DNA of 64,000 nt from Antedon mediterranea (taxonomy: Eukaryota > Animalia > Echinodermata): positions 13,984,912 through 14,048,911 of the forward strand of contig NC_092675.1 of NCBI RefSeq assembly GCF_964355755.1, read 5' to 3'. Made by a program: the position numbers and the translations under genes. Positions 1 to 12,000 of this stretch are shown here, piece after piece. The notes under the pieces were generated by a model. That model was given only the letters and a program-made list of their open reading frames with translations. It had not been told where the DNA came from and searched no databases. The stretch's first letter is position 1, and every line of letters starts with the position of its first letter.

Positions 1-3000
1 AAGTGCTTAGAATAGCTTCAAATCGCATTTGGAGACGTTTTAGACCAATTTGTGCATTTCGATGAAACTTGATTACACAAAAACATCAAAGTGCTTAAAA
101 TCACATTATAAACCGTTTTAGACCATTTTGAGCATTTCGATAACACTTTTCACACAAAAACATCAAAGAGCACAAAATAGCTTAATATCGTATTTAAAAA
201 CGTTTTAGACCATTTTGAGCATTTAGACAAAACTTTTTCACACAAAACACCAAAGTGCTTAGAATAGCTTCAAATCGCATTTGGAGACGTTTTAGACCAT
301 TTTGTGCATTTCGATGAAACTTGGTTACACAAAAACATCAAAGTGCTTAAAATCACATTATAAATCGTTTTAGACCATTTTGAGCATTTCGACAAAACTT
401 TTTCACACAAAATACCAAAGTGCTTAGAATAGCTTCAAATCGCATTTGGAGACGTTTTAGACCATTTTGTGATTTTCGAAAAAACTTTTTAACATAAAAA
501 CACGAAAGTGCTTAGAATAGCTTCAAATCGCATTTGGAAACGTTTTAGACCATTTTGTGATTTTCGAAAAAACTTGTTAACATAAAAACACGAAAGTGCT
601 TAGAATAGCTTCAAATCGCATTTGGAAACGTTTTAGACCATTTTGTGATTTTCGAAAAAAATTGTTAACATAAAAACACCAAAGTGCTTAGAATCACATT
701 ATAAACCGTTTTAGACCATTTTGAGCATTTCGATAACAATTTTCACACAAAAACATCAAAGAGCACAAAATAGCTTAATATCGTATTTAAAAATGTTTTA
801 GACCATTTTGAGCATTTGGATAAAACTTTTTCACACAAAACACCAAAGTGCTTAGAATAGCTTCAAATCGCATTTGGAGAGGTTTTAGACCATTTTGTGA
901 TTTTTGAAAAAAAATGTTAACATAAAAACACCAAAGTGCTTAGAATAGCTTCAAATCACATTTGGAGACGTTTTAGACCATTTTGTGATATTCGAAAAAA
1001 CTTGTTAACATAAAAACACGAAAGTGCTTAGAATAGCTTCAAATCGCATTTGGAAACGTTTTAGACCATTTTGTGATTTTCGAAAAAACTTGTTAACATA
1101 AAAACACCAAAGTGCTTAGAATAGCTTCAAATCGCATTTGGAAACGTTTTAGACCATTTTGTTATTTTCGAAAAAAATTGTTAACATAAAAACACCAAAG
1201 TGCTTAGAATCACATTATAAACCGTTTTAGACCATTTTTAGCATTTCGATAACAATTTTCACACAAAAACATCAAAGAGCAAAAAATAGCTTAATATAGC
1301 ATTTAAAAATGTTTTAGACCATTTTGAGCATTTAGATAAAATTTTTCACACAAAACACCAAAGTGCTTAGAATAGCTTCAAATCGCATTTGGAGACGTTT
1401 TAGACCATTTTGTGATTTTTGAAAAAACTTGTTAACATAAAAACACCAAAGTGCTTAGAATAGCTTCAAATCACATTTGGAGACGTTTTAGACCATTTTG
1501 TGATTTTCGAAAAAACTTGTTAACATAAAAACACGAAAGTGCTTAGAATAGCTTCAAATCGAATTTGGAAACGTTTTAGACCATTTTGTGATTTTCGAAA
1601 AAACTTGTTAACATAAAAACACGAAAGTGCTTAGAATAGCTTCAAATCGTATTTGGAAACGTTTTAGACCATTTTGTGATTTTCGAAAAAAATTGTTAAC
1701 ATAAAAACACCAAAGTGCTTAGAATCACATTATAAACCGTTTTAGACCATTTTGAGCATTTCGATAACAATTTTCACACAAAAACATCAAAGAGCACAAA
1801 ATAGCTTAATATCGTATTTAAAAATGTTTTAGACCATTTTGAGCATTTAGATAAAACTTTTTCACACAAAACACCAAACTGCTTAGAATAGCTTCAAATC
1901 GCATTTGGAGACGTTTTAGACCATTTTGTGATTTTTGAAAAAACTTGTTACCATAAAAACACCAAAGTGCTTAGAATAGCTTCAAATCACATTTGGAGAC
2001 GTTTTAGACCATTTTGTGATTTTTGAAAAAACATGTTAACATAAAAACACGAAAGTGCTTAGAATAGCTTCAAATCACATTTGGAGACGTTTTAGACCAT
2101 TTTGTGATTTTTGAAAAAACTTGTTAACATAAAAACATGAAAGTGCTTAGAATAGCTTCAAATCGCATTTGGAAACGTTTTAGACCATTTTGTGATTTTT
2201 GAAAAAACTTGTTAACATAAAAACACCAAAGTGCTTAGAATAGCTTCAAATCACATTTGGAGACGTTTTAGACCATTTTGTGATTTTCGAAAAAACTTGT
2301 TAACATAAAAACACGAAAGTGCTTAGAATAGCTTAAAATCGCATTTGGAGACGTTTTAGACCATTTTGTGATTTTCGAAAAAACTTGTTAACATAAAAAC
2401 ACCAAAGTGCTTAGAATAGCGTCAAATCGTATTTGGAGACGTTTTAGACCATTTTGTGCATTTCGATGAAACTTGGTTACACAAAAACATCAAAGTGCTT
2501 AAAATCACATTATAAATCGTTTTAGACCATTTTGAGCATTTAGATAAAACTTTTTCACACAAAACACCAAAGTGCTTAGAATAGCTTCAAATCGCATTTG
2601 GAGACGTTTTAGACCATTTTGTGATTTTTGAAAAAACTTGTTAACATAAAAACACCAAAGTGCTTAGAATAGCTTCAAATCGCATTTGGAGACGTTTTAG
2701 ACCAATTTGTGATTTTCGAAAAAATTTATTAACATAAAAATACCAAAGTGTTTAGAATAGCTTAAAATCGCATTTGGAGACGTTTTAGACCATTTTGTGA
2801 TTTTCGAAAAAACTTTTTAACATAAAAACACCAAAGTGCTTAGAATAGCTTCAAATCGCATTTGGAGACGTTTTAGACCATTTTGTGATTTTTGAAAAAA
2901 CTTGTTAACATAAAAACACCAAAGTGCTTAGAATAGCTTCAAATCGTATTTAGAGACGTTTTAGACCATTTTGTGCATTTCGATGAAACTTGGTTATACA

Positions 3001-6000
3001 AAAACATAAAAGTGCTTAAAATCACATTATAAACCATTTTAGACCATTTTGAGCATTTCGATAACACTTTTCACACAAAAACATCAAAGAGCACAAAATA
3101 GCTTAATATCGTATTTAAAAACGTTTTAGACCATTTTGAGCATTTCGACAAAACTTTTTCACACAAAACACCAAAGTGCTTAGAATAGCTTCAAATCGCA
3201 TTTGGAGACGTTTTAGACCATTTTGTGATTTTCGAAAAAACTTGTTAACATAAAAACATCAAAGTGTACAGAATAACTTCAAATCGCATTTGGAGACCGT
3301 TTTAGGCCAATTTGTGATTTTCGAAAAAACTTGTAAACCTAAAAATACCAAAGTGTTTAGATAAGCTTCAAATCGCATTTGGAGACGTTTTAGACCATTT
3401 TGTGATTTTCGAAAAAACTTGTTAACATAAAAACACCAAAGTGCTTAGAATAGCTTCAAATCGCATTTGGAGACATTTTAGACCAATTTGTGATTTTTGA
3501 AAAAACTTGTTAACATAAAAACACCAAAGTGCTTACAATAGCTTCAAATCGTATTTGGAGACGTTTTAGACCTTTTTGAGATTTTCGAAAAAAATTGTTA
3601 ACATAAAAACACAAAAGTGCTTAGAATCACATTATAAACCGTTTTAGACCATTTTGAGCATTTCGATAACAATTTTCACACAAAAACATCAAAGAGCACA
3701 AAATAGCTTAATATCGTATTTAAAAATGTTTTAGACCATTTTGAGCATTTTGATAAAACTTTTTCACACAAAACACCAAAGTGCTTAGAATAGCTTCAAA
3801 TCGCATTTGGAGACGTTTTAGACCATTTTGTGATTTTTGAAAAAACTTGTTAACATAAAAACACCAAAGTGCTTAGAATAGCTTCAAATCGCATTTGGAA
3901 ACGTTTTAGACCATTTGCTGATTTTCGAAAAAGATTGTTAACATAAAAACACCAAAGTGCTTAGAATCACATTATAAACCGTTTTAGACCATTTTGAGCA
4001 TTTCGATAACAATTTTCACACAAAAACATCAAAGAGCACAAAATAGCTTAATATCGTATTTAAAAATGTTTTAGACCATTTTGAGCATTTAGATAAAACT
4101 TTTTCACACAAAACACCAAAGTGCTTAGAATAGCTTCAAATCGCATTTGGAGACGGTTTAGACCATTTTGTGATTTTGAAAAAACTTGTTAACATAAAAA
4201 CACCAAAGTGCATAGAATAGCTTCAAATCGCATTTGGAGACGTTTTAGACCATTTTGTGATTTTCGAAAAAACTTGTTAACATAAAAACACCAAAGTGCT
4301 TAGATAAGCTTCAAATCGTATTTGGAGACGTTTTAGACCATTTTGAGATTTTCGAAAAAACTTGGTTACACAAAAACATCAAAGTGCTTAAAATCACATT
4401 ATAAACCGTTTTAGACCATTTTGAGCATTTCGATAACACTTTTCACACAAAAACATCAAAGAGCACAAAATAGCTTAATATCGTATTTAAAAACGTTTTA
4501 GACCATTTTGAGCATTTCGACAAAACTTTTTCACACAAAACACCAAAGTGCTTAGAATAGCTTCAAATCGCATTTGGAGACGTTTTAGACCAATTTGTGC
4601 ATTTCGATGAAACTTGATTACACAAAAAACATCAAAGTGCTTAAAATCACATTATAAACCGTTTTAGACCATTTTGAGCATTTCGATAACACTTTTCACA
4701 CAAAAACATCAAAGAGCACAAAATAGCTTAATATCGTATTTAAAAACGTTTTAGACCATTTTGAGCATTTAGACAAAACTTTTTCACACAAAACACCAAA
4801 GTCCTTAGAATAGCTTCAAATCGCATTTGGAGACGTTTTAGACCATTTTGTGATTTTTGAAAAAATTTGTTAACATAAAAACACCAAAGTGCTTAGAATA
4901 GCTTCAAATCACATTTGGAGACGTTTTAGACCATTTTGTGATTTTCGAAAAAACTTGTTAACATAAAAACACGAAAGTGCTTAGAATAGCCTCAAATCGC
5001 ATTTGGAAACGTTTTAGACCATTTTGTGATTTTCGAAAAAACTTGTTAACATAAAAACACGAAAGTGCTTAGAATCACATTATAAACCGTTTTAGACCAT
5101 TTTGAGCATTTCGATAACAATTTTCACACAAAAACATCAAAGAGCACAAAATAGCTTAATATCGTATTTAAAAATGTTTTAGACCATTTTGAGCATTTAG
5201 ATAAAACTTTTTCACACAAAACACCAAAGTGCTTAGAATAGCTTCAAATCGCATTTGGAGACGTTTTAGACCATTTTGTGATTTTTGAAAAAACTTGTTA
5301 ACATAAAAACACCAAAGTGCTTAGAATAGCTTCAAATCACATTTGGAGATGTTTTAGACCATTTTGTGATTTTTGAAAAAACTTGTTAACATAAAAACAC
5401 GAAAGTGCTTAGAATAGCTTCAAATCACATTTGGAGACGTTTTAGACCATTTTGTGATTTTTGAAAAAACTTGTTAACATAAAAACACGAAAGTGCTTAG
5501 AATAGCTTCAAATCGCATTTGGAAACGTTTTAGACCATTTTGTGATTTTCGAAAAAGATTGTTAACATAAAAACACCAATGTGCTTAGAATCACATTATA
5601 AACCGTTTTAGACCATTTTGAGCATTTCGATAACAATTTTCACACAAAAACATCAAAGAGCACAAAATAGCTTAATATCGTATTTATAAATGTTTTAGAC
5701 CATTTTGTGATTTTCGAAAAAACTTTTTCACACAAAACACCAAAGTGCTTAGAATAGCTTCAAATCGCATTTGGAGACGTTTTAGACCATTTTGTGATTT
5801 CGATGAGACTTGATTACACAAAAACATCAAAGTGCTTAAAATCACATTATAAACCGTTTTAGACCATTTTGAGCATTTCGATAACACTTTTCACACAAAA
5901 ACATCAAAGAGCACAAAATAGCTTAATATCGTATTTAAAAACGTTTTAGACCATTTTGAGCATTTAGACAAAACTTTTTCACACAAAACACCAAAGTGCT

Positions 6001-9000
6001 TAGAATAGCTTCAAATCGCATTTGGAGACGTTTTAGAACATTTTGTGTTTTTCGAAAAAAACTGTTAACATAAAAACACCAAAGTGCTTAGAATCACATT
6101 ATAAACCGTTTTAGACCATTTTGAGCATTTCGATGAAACTTGATTACACAAAAACATCAAAGTGCTTAAAATCACATTATAAACCGTTTTAGACCATTTT
6201 GAGCATTTCGATAACACTTTTCACACAAAAACATCAAAGAGCACAAAATAGCTTAATATCGTATTTAAAAACGTTTTAGACCATTTTGAGCATTTAGACA
6301 AAACTTTTTCACACAAAACACCAAAGTGCTTAGAATAGCTTCAAATCGCATTTGGAGACGTTTTAGACCATTTTGTGATTTTTGAAAAAACTTGTTAACA
6401 TAAAAACACCAAAGTGTGTTTTGAATAGCTTCAAATCACATTTGGAGACGTTTTAGACCATTTTGTGATTTTCGAAAAAACTTGTTAACATAAAAACACG
6501 AAAGTGCTTAGAATAGCTTCAAATCGCATTTGGAAACGTTTTAGACCATTTTGTGATTTCCGAAAAAACTTGTTAACATAAAAACACGAAAGTGCTTAGA
6601 ATCACATTATAAACCGTTTTAGACCATTTTGAGCATTTCGATAACAATTTTCACACAAAAACATCAAAGAGCACAAAATAGCTTAATATCGTATTTAAAA
6701 ATGTTTTAGACCATTTTGAGCATTTAGATAAAACTTTTTCACACAAAACACCAAAGTGCTTAGAATAGCTTCAAATCGCATTTGGAGACGTTTTAGACCA
6801 TTTTGTGATTTTTGAAAAAACTTGTTAACATAAAAACACCAAAGTGCTTAGAATAGCTTCAAATCACATTTGGAGATGTTTTAGACCAATTTGTGATTTT
6901 TGAAAAAACTTGTTAACATAAAAACACGAAAGTGCTTAGAATAGCTTCAAATCACATTTGGAGACGTTTTAGACCATTTTGTGATTTTTGAAAAAACTTG
7001 TTAACATAAAAACACGAAAGTGCTTAGAATAGCTTCAAATCGCATTTGGAAACGTTTTAGACCATTTTGTGATTTTCGAAAAAGATTGTTAACATAAAAA
7101 CACCAATGTGCTTAGAATCACATTATAAACCGTTTTAGACCATTTTGAGCATTTCGATAACAATTTTCACACAAAAACATCAAAGAGCACAAAATAGCTT
7201 AATATCGTATTTATAAATGTTTTAGACCATTTTGAGCATTTCGACAAAACTTTTTCACACAAAACACCAAAGTGCTTAGAATAGCTTCAAATCGCATTTG
7301 GAGACGTTTTTTATACCATTTTGTGATTTCGATGAAACTTGATTACACAAAAACATCAAAGTGCTTAAAATCACATTATAAACCGTTTTAGACCATTTTG
7401 AGCATTTCGATAACACTTTTCACACAAAAACATCAAAGAGCACAAAATAGCTTAATATCGTATTTAAAAACGTTTTAGACCATTTTGAGCATTTAGACAA
7501 AACTTTTTCACACAAAACACCAAAGTGCTTAGAATAGCTTCAAATCGCATTTGGAGACGTTTTAGAACATTTTGTGTTTTTCGAAAAAAAACTGTTAACA
7601 TAAAAACACCAAAGTGCTTAGAATAGCTTCAAATCGCATTTGGAGACGTTTTAGAACATTTTGTGTTCTTCGAAAAAACCTGTTAACATAAAAACACCAA
7701 AGTGCTTAGAATAGCTTCAAATCGCATTTGGAGACGTTTTAGACCATTTTGTGATTTTTGAAAAAACTTGTTAACATAAAAACACCAAAGGGCTTAGAAT
7801 AGCTTCAAATCACATTTGGAGACGTTTTAGACCATTTTGTGATTTTCGAAAAAACTTGTTAACATAAAAACACGAAAGTGCTTAGAATAGCTTCAAATCG
7901 CATTTGGAAACGTTTTAGACCATTTTGTGATTTTCGAAAAAGATTGTTAACATAAAAACACCAAAGTGCTTAGAATCACAATATAAACCGTTTTAGACCA
8001 TTTTGAGCATTTCGATAACAATTTTCATACAAAAACATCAAAGAGCACAAAATAGCTTAATATCGTATTTAAAAATGTTTTAGACCATTTTGAGTATTTA
8101 GATAAAACTTTTTCACACAAAACACCAAAGTGCTTAGAATAGCTTCAAATCGAATTTGGAGACGGTTTAGACCATTTTGTGATTTTGAAAAAACTTGTTA
8201 ACATAAAAACACCAAAGTGCTTAGAATAGCTTCAAATCGCATTTGGAGACGTTTTAGACCATTTTGTGATTTTCGAAAAAACTTGTTAACATAAAAACAC
8301 CAAAGTGCTTAGAATAGCTTCAAATCGTATTTGGAGACGTTTTAGACCATTTTGAGATTTTCGAAAAAACTTGGTTAAACAAAAACATCAAAGTGCTTAA
8401 AATCACATTATAAACCGTTTTAGACCATTTTGAGCATTTCGATAACACTTTTCACACAAAAACATCAAAGAGCACAAAATAGCTTAATATCGTATCTAAA
8501 AACGTTTTAGACCATTTTGAGCATTTCGACAAAACTTTTTCACACAAAACACCAAAGTGCTTAGAATAGCTTCAAATCGCATTTGGAGACGTTTTAGACC
8601 AATTTGTGCATTTCGATGAAACTTGATTACACAAAAACATCAAAGTGCTTAAAATCACATTATAAACCGTTTTAGACCATTTTGAGCATTTCGATAACAC
8701 TTTTCACACAAAAACATCAAAGAGCACAAAATAGCTTAATATCGTATTTAAAAACGTTTTAGACCATTTTGAGCATTTAGACAAAACTTTTTCACACAAA
8801 ACACCAAAGTGCTTAGAATAGCTTCAAATCGCATTTGGAGACGTTTTAGACCATTTTGTGCATTTCGATGAAACTTGGTTACACAAAAACATCAAAGTGC
8901 TTAAAATCACATTATAAATCGTTTTAGACCATTTTGAGCATTTCGACAAAACTTTTTCACACAAAATACCAAAGTGCTTAGAATAGCTTCAAATCGCATT

Positions 9001-12000
9001 TGGAGACGTTTTAGACCATTTTGTGATTTTCGAAAAAACTTTTTAACATAAAAACACAAAAGGGCTTAGAATAGCTTCAAATCACATTTGGAGACGTTTT
9101 AGACCATTTTGTGATTTTCGAAAAAACTTGTTAACATAAAAACACGAAAGTGCTTAGAATAGCTTCAAATCGCATTTGGAAACGTTTTAGACCATTTTGT
9201 GATTTTCGAAAAAAATTGTTAACATAAAAACACCAAAGTGCTTAGAATCACATTATAAACCGTTTTAGACCATTTTGAGCATTTCGATAACAATTTTCAC
9301 ACAAAAACATCAAAGAGCACAAAATAGCTTAATATCGTATTTAAAAATGTTTTAGACCATTTTGAGCATTTAGGTAAAACTTTTTCACACAAAACACCAA
9401 AGTGCTTAGAATAGCTTCAAATCGCATTTGGAGACGTTTTAGAGCATTTTGTGATTTTTGAAAAAACTTGTTAACATAAAAACACCAAAGTGCTTAGAAT
9501 AGCTTCAAATCACATTTGGAGACGTTTTAGACCATTTTGTGATTTTTGAAAAAACTTGTTAACATAAAAACACGAAAGTGCTTAGAATAGTTTCAAATCA
9601 CATTTGGAGACGTTTTAGACCATTTTGTGATTTTTGAAAAAACTTGTTAACATAAAAACACGAAAGTGCTTAGAATAGCTTCAAATCGCATTTGGAAACG
9701 TTTTAGACCATTTTGTGATTTTCGAAAAAGCTTGTTAACATAAAAACACCAAAGTGCTTAGAATCACATTATAAACCGTTTTAGACCATTTTGAGCATTT
9801 CGATAACAATTTTCACACAAAAACATCAAAGAGCACAAAATAGCTTAATATCGTATTTAAAAATGTTTTAGACCATTTTGAGCATTTAGATAAAACTTTT
9901 TCACACAAAACACGAAAGTGCTTAGAATAGCTTCAAATCACATTTGGAGACGTTTTAGACCATTTTGTGATTTTTGAAAAAACTTGTTAACATAAAAACA
10001 CGAAAGTGCTTAGAATAGCTTCAAATCGCATTTGGAAACGTTTTAGACCATTTTGTGATTTTCGAAAAAGCTTGTTAACATAAAAACACCAAAGTGCTTA
10101 GAATCACATTATAAACCGTTTTAGACCATTTTGAGCATTTCGATAACAATTTTCACACAAAAACATCAAAGAGCCCAAAATAGCTTAATATCGTATTTAA
10201 AAATGTTTTAGACCATTTTGAGCATTTAGATAAAACTTTTTCACACAAAACACCAAAGTGCTTAGAATAGCTTCAAATCGCATTTGGAGACGGTTTAGAC
10301 CATTTTGTGATTTTGAAAAAACTTGTTAACATAAAAACACCAAAGTGCTTAGAATAGCTTCAAATCGCATTTGGAGACGTTTTAGACCATTTTGTGATTT
10401 TCGAAAAAATTTGTTAACATAAAAACACCAAAGTGCTTAGAATAGCTTCAAATCGTATTTGGAGACGTTTTAGACCATTTTGAGATTTTCGAAAAAACTT
10501 GGTTACACAAAAACATCAAAGTGCTTAAAATCACATTATAAACCGTTTTAGACCATTTTGAGCATTTCGATAACACTTTTCACACAAAAACATCAAAGAG
10601 CACAAAATAGCTTAATATCGTATTTAAAAACGTTTTAGACCATTTTGAACATTTCGACAAAACTTTTTCACACAAAACACCAAAGTGCTTAGAATAGCTT
10701 CAAATCGCATTTGGAGACGTTTTAGACCAATTTGTGCATTTCGATGAAACTTGATTAAAAAAAAACATCAAAGTGCTTAAAATCACATTATAAACCGTTT
10801 TAGACCATTTTGAGCATTTCGATAACACTTTTCACACAAAAACATCAAAGAGCACAAAATAGCTTAATATCGTATTTAAAAACGTTTTAGACCATTTTGA
10901 GCATTTAGACAAAACTTTTTCACACAAAACACCAAAGTGCTTAGAATAGCTTCAAATCGCATTTGGAGACGTTTTAGAACATTTTGTGTTTTTCGAAAAA
11001 ACCTGTTAACATAAAAACACCAAAGTGCTTAGAATAGCTTCAAATCGCATTTGGAGACGATTTAGACCATTTTGTGATTTTCGAAAAAACTTGTTAACAT
11101 AAAAACACCAAAGTGCTTAGAATAGCGTCAAATCGTATTTGGAGACGTTTTAGACCATTTTGTGATTTTCGAAAAAACTTGTTAACATAAAAACACCAAA
11201 GTGCTTAGAATAGCTTCAAATCGCATTTGGAGACGTTTTAGACCATTTTGTGCATTTCGATGACACTTGGTTACACAAAAACATCAAAGTGCTTAAAATC
11301 ACATTATAAATCGTTTTAGACCATTTTGAGCATTTCGACAAAACTTTTTCACACAAAATACCAAAGTGCTTAGAATAGCTTCAAATCGCATTTGGAGACG
11401 TTTTAGACCATTTTGTGATTTTCGAAAAAACTTTTTAACATAAAAACACCAAAGTGCTTAGAATAGCTTCAAATCACATTTGGAGACGTTTTAGACCATT
11501 TTGTGATTTTCGAAAAAACTTGTTAACATAAAAACACGAAAGTGCTTAGAATAGCTTCAAATCGCATTTGGAAACGTTTTAGACCATTTTGTGATTTTCG
11601 AAAAAAATTGTTAACATAAAAACACAAAAGTGGTTAGAATCACATTATAAACCGTTTTAGACCATTTTGAGCATTTCGATAACAATTTTCACACAAAAAC
11701 ATCAAAGAGCACAAAATAGCTTAATATCGTATTTAAAAATGTTTTAGACCATTTTGAGCATTTAGATAAAACTTTTTCACACAAAACACCAAAGTGCTTA
11801 GAATAGCTTCAAATCGCATTTGGAGACGTTTTAGACCATTTTGTGATTTTTGAAAAAACTTGTAAACATAAAAACACCAAAGTGCTTAGAATAGCTTCAA
11901 ATCACATTTGGAGACGTTTTAGACCATTTTGTGATTTTCGAAAAAACTTGTTTACATAAAAACACGAAAGTGCTTAGAATATCTTCAAATCGCATTTGGA

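Noticed and set aside
560-580. CENP-B box in monomer A (TTCG....A)
   Set aside because: It matches only the TTCG and A positions. The required CGGG is absent.
5684-5887. 67-aa minus-strand ORF
   Set aside because: A chance stop-free reading of satellite monomers with a non-ATG start. Other copies contain stops.
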